From: Candidatus Woesearchaeota archaeon
GTDB taxonomy: Archaea > Nanobdellota > Nanobdellia > Woesearchaeales > GW2011-AR4
NCBI GenBank assembly: GCA_016185955.1
Contig: JACPMQ010000071.1
Span: 1-33,441, forward strand
Length of the DNA stretch: 33,441 nucleotides
Direction of reading: 5' to 3'
This document shows, piece after piece, positions 17,302 to 25,177 of the stretch. The translations under genes were made by a program, and so were the position numbers. The notes beneath the pieces were generated by a model. It did no database searches. It saw only the letters and a list, made by a program, of their open reading frames with translations, and was not told the DNA's origin. The first letter of the stretch is position 1. Every line of letters starts with the position of its first letter.

Positions 17302-18069
17302 ATGGCAAAAAAAAATATTGCAAAAAATGAAAATGCCGACGAGCATCTAAATTTGAAGCCATTGGTTTTATCTGCTTTGTTTGCCGCGCTTACAGCCGCT
17401 GTTGCGCAAATTAAAATACCTTTAGGATTTACTCCTGTCCCTATAACCTTGCAAACTTTGCTTGTATTGCTTGCAGGAGCAATATTAGGCCCTTATTATG
17501 GCGCAATGTCTATGACTATTTATCTTGCTTTAGGCGCGATCGGACTTCCAGTATTTGCAGGCGGTTCTGGCAGTATAGCCGCTTTTTTCGGTCCCACTGG
17601 AGGCTATTTATTAAGCTACCCAGTTGCTGCATTTGCAGTAGGAAAAATATTGGAAAACAAAAGAAACAAATTTTTAAAATATTTTTCATTTTTTGCTATT
17701 GTTAGTTTGGTGGCTATTGTAGCTGCTGACTCAATATTTAAAATTGGAGTAATCCCCTTTCTCTTAAAAATATCAGATAGGGTAAGACTGATGGTTATAG
17801 TGCTCAGCATATTTGTGCTTCTTTTGTTATTCTTAATGGTTTATGCAAAAAAATATTTTCCTGCAGATATTGTGCTTGCTATGCTTGCAGCTACTTTGAT
17901 AATTTACGCTATGGGAGCATTGCACGGAAAAATCGTTACTAAGCTTCCATGGAGCGCGATATTTGTAGGCTGGGTGCTTCCATTTATAGTCGGAGATGTG
18001 ATAAAACTGTTAATAGCTGCGTGGATAGCGGATAATGCGGTAAAAGGGCTTATAAAAATAAAATATTAA
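17302..18069 (+). CDS. bioY: Biotin transporter S-component BioY (longer than typical)
   Basis: IPLGFTPVPITLQTLLVLLAGAILGP and GPTGGYLLSYPVAAF are characteristic BioY motifs. An extra hydrophobic segment of about 60 aa sits in the middle. Confidence 0.85.
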   Translation: MAKKNIAKNENADEHLNLKPLVLSALFAALTAAVAQIKIPLGFTPVPITLQTLLVLLAGAILGPYYGAMSMTIYLALGAIGLPVFAGGSGSIAAFFGPTGGYLLSYPVAAFAVGKILENKRNKFLKYFSFFAIVSLVAIVAADSIFKIGVIPFLLKISDRVRLMVIVLSIFVLLLLFLMVYAKKYFPADIVLAMLAATLIIYAMGALHGKIVTKLPWSAIFVGWVLPFIVGDVIKLLIAAWIADNAVKGLIKIKY

Positions 18070-18084
18070 TTTGCTTCTCGTATA

Positions 18085-18990
18085 ATGGTAGAATTTTTAC
18101 AAAAAAAATTAGGGCATGAAAAACTTATTCTTCTGAAAATTTTTTCTTACAGCTGTATGAATTGTCTGAGGTCTTTTGCATTTATAAGAAAAATAAATGA
18201 TAAGTACAGGAAATATGGATTAATAACAGTTATTGTACATCCTCCTGAATGGAAATTTGAAAAGAAAAAAAGCAATGTGCTTTGCGCATTAAAAAAGTAT
18301 AATATTAGGATTCCAATAATAATTGACCGAAATAAGAAAGTTATAGAAAAGCTTGGAATAGATTTCTGGCCAGCGCAGATATTGCTAAAAACGAATTTTC
18401 CGCCGCTCATAGAGCGGTGGAAATTTCGTTGTGGTAAAACAAAAGCCAAGCCGATGAAAGGCAAAAATGCGAAACCGATAAATGGCACATTTGTAAAAAT
18501 TGCCTATAAGCATATTGGAGAAGGAAATTACAAAGAGCTGGAAAATAAAATAATAAAGCTCTTAAAAATAAATCCCGATAAGGTATTTAAAAAAGTATTC
18601 AGAAAAGAGCCGAGCTACAGCAAATTTCCAAGCGTGTATTGCGGCAAAAGAAAAAATGGAAAAATAAAACTATTGGGGCAAAAAATAAAATTAAAATTTA
18701 ATGTTATTTATACTGATAAGAATTGGATTCAAAGGCAGGAATATATTAAATCAGTAGCTGATAAAGCTTCTTTAGAAATTGCCTCAAAAGGCAGGATAAT
18801 AAATTTTGTTGCAGAATCTCTGTTACAAAAAAAAATAAAAGTGGATGTGAAAGTAAATAATTATATAAAAACAATAATGGTGGGCAAGCCAAGGCTATAT
18901 ACGCTTATTGAATTAAAATCCAGTAAACTAAATAAGCTAAGGCTAATATCAGATCCTAATTTGGCAATATACTCATTTTCATTCCAATGA
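18085..18990 (+). CDS. Thioredoxin-fold (TlpA/redoxin-like) CxxC protein with C-terminal domain of unknown function
   Basis: LLKIFSYSCMNCLRS (CxxC after a beta strand) ... IPIIIDRNKKVIEKLGIDFWPAQILL ... VKIAYKHIGEG follows the redoxin topology. The roughly 160-aa C-terminal part is not recognisable. Confidence 0.5.
   Translation: MVEFLQKKLGHEKLILLKIFSYSCMNCLRSFAFIRKINDKYRKYGLITVIVHPPEWKFEKKKSNVLCALKKYNIRIPIIIDRNKKVIEKLGIDFWPAQILLKTNFPPLIERWKFRCGKTKAKPMKGKNAKPINGTFVKIAYKHIGEGNYKELENKIIKLLKINPDKVFKKVFRKEPSYSKFPSVYCGKRKNGKIKLLGQKIKLKFNVIYTDKNWIQRQEYIKSVADKASLEIASKGRIINFVAESLLQKKIKVDVKVNNYIKTIMVGKPRLYTLIELKSSKLNKLRLISDPNLAIYSFSFQ
18391..18429. repeat. F1 hairpin copy embedded in frame in the thioredoxin-fold CDS
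   Basis: ACGAATTTTCCGCCGCTC-ATA-GAGCGGTGGAAATTTCGT. 17 of 18 arm positions pair (one G-T wobble, one T-T mismatch). It starts at codon position 1 and spans exactly 13 codons (TNFPPLIERWKFR). The sequence is close to intergenic copies d and f. Confidence 0.75.
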
Positions 18991-19685
18991 TAGAAACAAA
19001 AAATCTTTATTTTAAATATGAGGACAATCTTATTTTAAAAAATATAAGCATAGAAATAAATGATGGCAGCTTTATAGCCATTATCGGGGCAAATGGCTCT
19101 GGAAAAACAACTCTTGCGAAGCACTTTAACGCGCTGCTTCTCCCCACAAAGGGCAATGTTTTAATAGATAATATTGACACAAAAAAAAAACAGTTTAATG
19201 CAAGAAAAAATGTAGGCTTTGTTTTTCAAAATGCTGAAGACCAATTAATTTATTCTATTGTCGAGGAAGATATTGCCTTTGGGCTTGAAAACCTTGGAAT
19301 TGAAGCAAGCGACATAAGGAAGAAAGTCAAGGAAATAACGAAGATGCTTGGCATAGAGCATATTGCAAAACAGAATGTGAATATGCTTTCCGGCGGTCAA
19401 AAACAGCTTGCAGCATTGGCAGGAGTATTAGTAATGAAGCCAAAATACATTGTTTTTGACGAGCCTACAGCAATGCTTGACACAAGAAATAAGAGAAACA
19501 TCATTAATATCATGGGCAATTTAAACAAAAGGGAAAAAATCGGGATAATACTTGTGACAAACATCTTGGAGGATATAAAGCATGCCAACAGCATTATCGC
19601 GATAAAAAATGGAAGCATAATTTTTAACGGAAAAAAATCAAGGCTTAGCAATGCTGTAATAAAAAGGTGCGGTTTAGATGCTTAA
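18987..19685 (+). CDS. ecfA: ECF transporter ATPase component (EcfA/BioM/CbiO-like)
   Basis: Walker A GANGSGKTT, Q-loop, ABC signature LSGGQKQ and Walker B YIVFDEPT. Confidence 0.88.
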   Translation: MIETKNLYFKYEDNLILKNISIEINDGSFIAIIGANGSGKTTLAKHFNALLLPTKGNVLIDNIDTKKKQFNARKNVGFVFQNAEDQLIYSIVEEDIAFGLENLGIEASDIRKKVKEITKMLGIEHIAKQNVNMLSGGQKQLAALAGVLVMKPKYIVFDEPTAMLDTRNKRNIINIMGNLNKREKIGIILVTNILEDIKHANSIIAIKNGSIIFNGKKSRLSNAVIKRCGLDA

Positions 19686-20346
19686 GAAGCTTGCTTTCGG
19701 ACAGTATATCCATAAAAACTCCGCAATCCACAAATTAGATGCCAGAGTAAAAATTTTATCGGTTTTCTTGCTGAGCTTATTTGCATCAACGATTAAGTCT
19801 TATGATAAGATGGCAATATTAACTTTTTTTGTGATTTTTACAGTGATGCTTGCTAAAATAGGAATAATAAGATTGATTAAAAGCTTAAAGCCTTTTTTTT
19901 ATATGTATCTCTTCATAATACTTATGTACACATTGTTTTCAAAAAATCAGCTTCTCATAGGAATATTAACAGTGTGGAAATTCGCATTATTTGTTGTTAT
20001 AGGAGCTATATTAACTTTTACTACAACCATAACCAGCTTAACTAATGCAATTGAAAAGCTATTAATGCCTCTGAAGTTTTTTGGAATAAACCAAAGAAAT
20101 GTTTCGCTTTTATTGTCCCTCGCAATAAGGTTCATACCCTCTTTTTTTTTATATGCGGAAAAGATAAAAGATGCAAGGGTTTCAAGGCTTGGAGCCTTTA
20201 AAATAAGGCATTTGAACCTTTTAGTTGCCCCTTTAATGGAAAGGCTGTTTAAAACTGCTTCCACTGTAAGCGAGGCTATGCTGTCAAGAAATTATTCATC
20301 AAAAAGAAAAAAGCAAAACTGCAATGGCCATAAACTCCGCTGGTAA
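19678..20346 (+). CDS. ecfT: ECF transporter transmembrane component (EcfT/BioN/CbiQ-like)
   Basis: Polytopic protein overlapping the ecfA stop. EcfT-type coupling-helix region SLAIRFIPSF...AEKIKDARVSRLG. Confidence 0.8.
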   Translation: MLKKLAFGQYIHKNSAIHKLDARVKILSVFLLSLFASTIKSYDKMAILTFFVIFTVMLAKIGIIRLIKSLKPFFYMYLFIILMYTLFSKNQLLIGILTVWKFALFVVIGAILTFTTTITSLTNAIEKLLMPLKFFGINQRNVSLLLSLAIRFIPSFFLYAEKIKDARVSRLGAFKIRHLNLLVAPLMERLFKTASTVSEAMLSRNYSSKRKKQNCNGHKLRW

Positions 20347-20385
20347 AAACAAATTTTCCACCGTTCTATGAGCGGCAGAATTTTT
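20345..20385. repeat. F1 hairpin copy d (AAATTTTCCACCG-TTCTATGA-GCGGCAGAATTTTT)
   Basis: The stem is imperfect (about 9 of 13 positions pair), but the sequence including the TCTATGA loop is close to copy a. It lies between convergent genes and overlaps the last base of the ecfT stop. Confidence 0.7.
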
Positions 20386-20389
20386 AAGT

Positions 20390-20644
20390 TTACTCCTTAG
20401 AAGTTTTTTGCCCAAACAAAATTCCTGCGAGCACATTCAAAGCCCATGCCTGCAATACATTTATCTTGTATAGGCTGCCAAAAATAAAATTCCACAGCAA
20501 TTTCACTGGAAGGGCAAGCACTAATCCAACTATTCCGCTTATTAATATGACTAATGCTATTGTGTATGCCACTTCCAGCATTCTCCTCAATATCGGCACT
20601 TGCTCTAAAAATTTTATCATTGGGAAAATATAGGCAAATTTCAC
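20390..20644 (-). CDS. Small membrane protein (two predicted TM helices), unknown function
   Basis: 84-aa ORF with hydrophobic stretches IALVILISGIVGLVLALPV and AWALNVLAGILFG. GTG start, with an alternative ATG at residue 9. Confidence 0.45.
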   Translation of the reverse strand: MKFAYIFPMIKFLEQVPILRRMLEVAYTIALVILISGIVGLVLALPVKLLWNFIFGSLYKINVLQAWALNVLAGILFGQKTSKE

Positions 20645-20670
20645 GATTATTTAAATTTTTGTAAAAATAG

Positions 20671-20874
20671 TAACTGCTAACATAGATTTGTCCGAGAAGC
20701 AGGGTTTTTGCGAAAGTTTAATTTAGTGCTTGTGCGGAGCCTTATACTCCTCTCAACTTCGCAACATTTCATGTTGCTCAGGTCGCTTATCACAATCCTA
20801 CGGAGTTTTCTGAATTGGCAAATACGCACAAGCACCGACTTTCGCAAAAACCCTTTATGCTGTGTTAGCAGTTA
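20671..20874. repeat. Element A: 204-nt three-tier foldback (candidate structured RNA or MITE-like palindromic element)
   Basis: 20671-20682 pairs with 20863-20874 (12/12), 20702-20717 with 20838-20853 (16/16), and 20726-20736 with 20825-20835 (11/11). The 88-nt core contains the hairpin GCAACAT-TTC-ATGTTGC. Element B is a paralogue. Confidence 0.8.
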
Positions 20875-21586
20875 TGAAAATATCCCCTTCCATTATTTTT
20901 TTAATTTTGCCATTATCCAGCTTTAACAGTAAGTTGCAGTCTTTGTCTATGCCAATTGCTTTGCCTGCATATTCTCCTTCTAAAGTCTTTGCCTTTACCC
21001 ATTTGCCTATTGTATGCGAAGATTTTTTCCAGAGATTGGTGATTTTAAGGCAATCATGTTTTTCATAATAGGCATATAGCCGCTGAAATTCCCTTATTAT
21101 AAATTTTGCCGCTGTTTTAACTTCAAATTGCTTATTACATTCTATTTTTAATGATGTGGCTTTTTCCATAATAATTTTCGGAAATTTTTTCTGGTTTATG
21201 TTAAGCCCTATGCCAATGATTGCATAAGTTTTTTTGCCGTGCAAAATTTCTGTTAAAATGCCGCATACCTTCTTGCCATTTACTAAAACATCATTGGGCC
21301 ACTTTACCATTCCATTTAATCCTGACAAGGATTTTATTGATTTTGAAACAGCTAAAGAAGCGATTAGTGTGAGGTATTTAATTTTGTCGGAGTTTTTTTC
21401 TTTGAGGAGAATTGTCATGTATAATCCTCCTGAACTAGAGCTCCATTTTCTGTTAAAGCGGCCTCTGCCTTTTGTCTGCCTTTCAGCTATAACTACTAAG
21501 TTAAAATTACCCTTTTCAGCAAAAGTTTTGGCCTTATCATTAGTGGAAGAAACAGTATTGTAATTATAAAGCTGAAAGTTTGGCAT
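20855..21586 (-). CDS. birA: Biotin--[acetyl-CoA-carboxylase] ligase (catalytic and C-terminal domains, no N-terminal HTH)
   Basis: ERQTKGRGRFNRKWSS (GRGRxGR biotin-binding loop), KWPNDVLVNGKKVCGIL and GIGLNIN. At 243 aa it is a class I ligase without a repressor domain. Confidence 0.88.
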   Translation of the reverse strand: MPNFQLYNYNTVSSTNDKAKTFAEKGNFNLVVIAERQTKGRGRFNRKWSSSSGGLYMTILLKEKNSDKIKYLTLIASLAVSKSIKSLSGLNGMVKWPNDVLVNGKKVCGILTEILHGKKTYAIIGIGLNINQKKFPKIIMEKATSLKIECNKQFEVKTAAKFIIREFQRLYAYYEKHDCLKITNLWKKSSHTIGKWVKAKTLEGEYAGKAIGIDKDCNLLLKLDNGKIKKIMEGDIFITANTA

Positions 21587-23499
21587 TAAGACTCACTGTT
21601 TTGTATTGCTTCCTGCCTTGCTGCCATTACCCACGGGCTTACCTTATTGTTGCTATTGTTGCTATAAGACTTTTTTTTCTCAAGATATTTTGAAACTGCG
21701 GTTGTAACAAGAAGTATTTTCTGCTCACTTGCCAGCTCTTTTTTTTGCTCCGTATACTCATTTACATATTCAAGTATATTATTCTTCTGTATGAAGGATG
21801 TTGACACATGTCCTCTGATGAAATTTTTGTTGTTTAAAACTGCCAAATGGAAAGGTATTGTTGTCTTGATTCCTGCAATAGTGTACTCTTTTAAGGCTCC
21901 TATCATTTTTGTGATTGCTTCCTGCCTCGTGTTTCCATGGCATATAAGCAAAGATAGCAATGAATCGTAATGTGGCAGCACTTTATAGCCTTGATAGCAT
22001 ATGCTGTTTACCCTTATTCCTGGTCCTCCAGGCGCAAGATAATTAGTAATTGCGCCCATTGACGGATAAAAGTTGTTTGATGGGTCTTCTCCATTTATTC
22101 TGCATTCAATTGCCCAGCCATCCAGCTTTATGTCTTCTTGCTTAAACGCAAGCTTTGCGCCAGAAGCAAGCTTAATCTGCTCTTTAACAAGGTCTACTCC
22201 AGTTACCATCTCTGTTACGCCATGCTCAACTTGAATTCTTGTGTTCATCTCTATAAAATAAAAATTCTTGTTTTTATCAAGTAAAAACTCTACTGTGCCT
22301 GCGCCTTCATATTTTGCTGCTGATGCCACTTTAAGGGCAGTTTCTCCCATTTTTGCCCTTAGTTCATCACTTAATGCAGGGCTTGGAGATTCTTCTACAA
22401 GCTTTTGGTGCTTTCTCTGTATGCTGCAATCCCTTTCCCCTAAATGTATAACATTGCCGTACCTATCAGCTAATATTTGAAATTCTATATGGCGTGGCTC
22501 CTCTATATACTTCTCCATGTATAGGGATTTATCGTTAAAAGACATATAAGATTCTGCTTCAGCATTTTCATAAGCCCTTTCCAGCTTTTCCATTACTCTT
22601 ACGATGCGCATTCCTTTGCCGCCGCCGCCAGCAGCTGCTTTTATTATCACTGGCAGCCCAATTTTCTTAGCAACGTTAAATGCGTGCTTTTTATTTTTTA
22701 ATGGGGTTGTTGTGCCTTCTATAACCTTAACTCCTGCCTTTGATGCTGTTTTTTTTGCCATAACCTTATCTCCCAAAAGCCTAATTGTTTTTGAAGATGG
22801 TCCTATAAATTTAATGCCATTCTTCTCGCATAATCTTGCAAACTTGTAATTCTCTGCTAAAAAGCCATAACCAGGATGTATTGCATCCACCTTTACCCTT
22901 TTTGCAATCTTTATTATCTTATTAGTGTCAAGATAGCTTATCGCGGAGCCTATGCAATATTTTTTATCAGCAAATTTTATTGAGAGGGTGTTTTTGTCAG
23001 GAGTTGAGTAAACTAATACTGTTTCTATTCCAAGCTCTCGGCATGCCCTAATAACCCTCAATGCTATTTCTCCGCGATTTGCTATCAAAACCCTGTTAAA
23101 CTTTTTCTCCTTTGAGAGAAAGGTGTAATCCTTTTCACTAATGCTTAATCCCTTGGCTACCATGTCAAGAAAACTCTGTGAAGACTTGCTAGCCACTATT
23201 TTTTTGATTTCCCTTTCACCCATAGCAGGAACCTTTTTTATTATATTTGAGGTTATTACATCCCCTATCTCAGCTAAATCCGTTCTTTCGACAATCTTTT
23301 TGCTCTTGGCAATTGAAACAAAATTATTTTTAAAAAATTCCTCTACTTCATTATAAACCAATGGCGCTGCCTTTTTTATGCCGCTGAACAGCTTCTTAGC
23401 ATAATTATAAGAATAGCCAACAGGAATCAGGCTCTTATTTAGGGAAGATAACAGCATATTCCTGACATCCTGAGCTATACTTTTGTTTTTCTTTGCCAT
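21586..23499 (-). CDS. accC: Biotin carboxylase (AccC / PycA-type ATP-grasp) with a roughly 130-aa N-terminal and roughly 60-aa C-terminal extension
   Basis: The core starts at RVLIANRGEIALRVIRACRELGIETV, followed by GYGFLAEN, IIKAAAGGGGKGMRIV, EEPRHIEFQILADRYGNVIHLGERDCSIQRKHQKLVEE and FIEMNTRIQVEH. Residues 1-130 and the C-terminal tail have no recognisable motif. Confidence 0.9.
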   Translation of the reverse strand: MAKKNKSIAQDVRNMLLSSLNKSLIPVGYSYNYAKKLFSGIKKAAPLVYNEVEEFFKNNFVSIAKSKKIVERTDLAEIGDVITSNIIKKVPAMGEREIKKIVASKSSQSFLDMVAKGLSISEKDYTFLSKEKKFNRVLIANRGEIALRVIRACRELGIETVLVYSTPDKNTLSIKFADKKYCIGSAISYLDTNKIIKIAKRVKVDAIHPGYGFLAENYKFARLCEKNGIKFIGPSSKTIRLLGDKVMAKKTASKAGVKVIEGTTTPLKNKKHAFNVAKKIGLPVIIKAAAGGGGKGMRIVRVMEKLERAYENAEAESYMSFNDKSLYMEKYIEEPRHIEFQILADRYGNVIHLGERDCSIQRKHQKLVEESPSPALSDELRAKMGETALKVASAAKYEGAGTVEFLLDKNKNFYFIEMNTRIQVEHGVTEMVTGVDLVKEQIKLASGAKLAFKQEDIKLDGWAIECRINGEDPSNNFYPSMGAITNYLAPGGPGIRVNSICYQGYKVLPHYDSLLSLLICHGNTRQEAITKMIGALKEYTIAGIKTTIPFHLAVLNNKNFIRGHVSTSFIQKNNILEYVNEYTEQKKELASEQKILLVTTAVSKYLEKKKSYSNNSNNKVSPWVMAARQEAIQNSES

Positions 23500-23517
23500 G
23501 TGAGATTTATTCCTTGT

Positions 23518-23549
23518 AAAAATTCCGCTATTGCGAACGCGGAATTTTT
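23518..23549. repeat. F1 hairpin copy e (AAAAATTCCGC-TATTGCGAAC-GCGGAATTTTT)
   Basis: Perfect 11-bp arms in the spacer between the carboxyltransferase and accC genes. Confidence 0.8.
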
Positions 23550-23580
23550 ACCAGTTATGTTGGTAAGCCCTGCACTACGA

Positions 23581-23617
23581 AACACTAAAAAATCTGCAAA
23601 GCAGATTTTTTAGTGTT
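23581..23617. repeat. F2 hairpin copy c (AACACTAAAAAATCTGC-AAA-GCAGATTTTTTAGTGTT)
   Basis: Perfect 17-bp inverted repeat that overlaps the carboxyltransferase stop codon (23616-23618). Confidence 0.85.
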
Positions 23618-25124
23618 ATAATGGCATATTCCCATGCTTCTTTGCAGGCATTCTTTCCCTTTTTGATAGAAGAGTTTCCAAACAGCTAATTAAGGTTTTC
23701 CTTGTGTCCTTTGGCTCTATTATTATATCCACCTTACCATACTTGGCTGCTGCATAAGGGTTTAGAAATTTTTCATTATATTCTTTAATCCTTTCATTTT
23801 TTATTTTGGCTCCATTATTCCCTTTAAGCTCTTTTCTGAATATGAGATTAATTGCTTGCTCTGCGCCCATAACAGCTATTTCTGCATCAGGCCATGCAAT
23901 TACCGCATCAAAGCCCATTTCCTTTGAAACCATTGCAATGTAAGCTCCCCCATAAGCTTTCCTCATAACAAGGCTTATTTTAGGGACAACAGCTTCGGAA
24001 TATGCATAAAGGACTTTTGCTCCATGCCTTATTATGCCATTATGCTCTTGCTCAACTCCCGGCAAGTAGCCGGTAACATCAACAAGATTTATCAAAGGTA
24101 TGTTAAAGCAATCGCAAAATCTTACAAACCTTGCTATTTTGTCAGAGCTGTTTATATCAAGGCAGCCAGCCAATATTTTTGGCTGATTGGCTACAATGCC
24201 AACAACATTATTGTTTAGCCTTGCAAAGCCAACAACAGCGTTAGGAGCATATAATGGATGTATCTCAAAAAATGTGTTTTTATCCACAATTTCCTCTATG
24301 ACTTCCTTTACATCATAGCTTTTTTTTGTGTCTTTAGGGATTATGTCCTTTAGCTTGTTATTCAGCCTTTCTGCATTATCATGCGCATTCAAAAAAGGCG
24401 GACTTTCCAAATTATTTTGCGGCAGATAGCTCAGTAAAAATCTAATTAGCTCAACGCATTCCTTTTCGTCTTCTGCAACAAAATGCGCAACGCCGCTTTT
24501 TTGGTTATGAGCTAAAGTCCCGCCAAGAGACTCAAAGTCTATGCTTTCACCTGTTATTGTTTTTATAATATCCGGGCCGGTTATAAACATATAGCTGACT
24601 TTTTTTGTCATAAAAATGAAATCGGTTAAAGCCGGGCTGTAAACAGCAATGCCTGCGCAAGGTCCCAGTATAGCTGATATTTGCGGAATTACTCCAGACG
24701 CTAATGTGTTATTTTTGAATATTAAGCCACCGGAATCAAGGCTGTTAATGCCTTCTTGGATTCTAGCGCCTCCGGAATCCAGCAAACCGACAATTGGGCA
24801 GCCTGTTTTTAGGGCATGCTCCATTATTGATGATATTTTTTTGTTGTGCATTTCCCCCATAGAGCCACCGATAAAGGCAAAGTCTTGGGCATATACACAT
24901 ACTTGCCTTCCATTAATTTTTGCATAGCCCGTTATTACTCCGTCTCGCGGCATTTTTTTTTCCTGCAATCCATAATCATGGCTTCTAAGCTCCATAAACT
25001 CATTTACCTCAACAAAAGAGCCTTTGTCTACTAAAAGCTCTATCCTTTCTTTTGCAGTTAATTTTCCCTTTTCACGCTGCATTTTGATTGCTTCTTTGTC
25101 TTTTTTAGGCGTATTTTTTGTCAT
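23616..25124 (-). CDS. Acyl-CoA carboxylase carboxyltransferase subunit (propionyl-CoA carboxylase beta / methylmalonyl-CoA decarboxylase alpha family)
   Basis: 502 aa with two crotonase-like halves. Motifs LTAKERIELLVDKGSF.E, VYAQDFAFIGGSMGEMH, LLDSGGARIQEG, RKAYGGAYIAM and AWPDAEIAVMGAEQA. Confidence 0.9.
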   Translation of the reverse strand: MTKNTPKKDKEAIKMQREKGKLTAKERIELLVDKGSFVEVNEFMELRSHDYGLQEKKMPRDGVITGYAKINGRQVCVYAQDFAFIGGSMGEMHNKKISSIMEHALKTGCPIVGLLDSGGARIQEGINSLDSGGLIFKNNTLASGVIPQISAILGPCAGIAVYSPALTDFIFMTKKVSYMFITGPDIIKTITGESIDFESLGGTLAHNQKSGVAHFVAEDEKECVELIRFLLSYLPQNNLESPPFLNAHDNAERLNNKLKDIIPKDTKKSYDVKEVIEEIVDKNTFFEIHPLYAPNAVVGFARLNNNVVGIVANQPKILAGCLDINSSDKIARFVRFCDCFNIPLINLVDVTGYLPGVEQEHNGIIRHGAKVLYAYSEAVVPKISLVMRKAYGGAYIAMVSKEMGFDAVIAWPDAEIAVMGAEQAINLIFRKELKGNNGAKIKNERIKEYNEKFLNPYAAAKYGKVDIIIEPKDTRKTLISCLETLLSKRERMPAKKHGNMPL

Positions 25125-25177
25125 AGCAACATCAAAGGCATGCTAAACAGGGATGTTTAAAAAGGTTTTGTAAAAAT

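Noticed and set aside
20671-20874. Elements A and B as RNase P RNA, SRP RNA or C/D-box sRNA
   Set aside because: I could not find a GAGGAAAGTCC-type CR-I, an SRP helix-8 GGAA/AGCA motif set, or properly spaced C (RUGAUGA) and D (CUGA) boxes. This is an eye-only assessment, so a cmscan is still advisable.
20708-20926. 72-aa ORF on the plus strand across element A
   Set aside because: It lies entirely within the foldback element and then antisense to birA. Its composition (L/S/R-rich) simply reflects the repeat, there is no start context, and it overlaps a well-supported gene.
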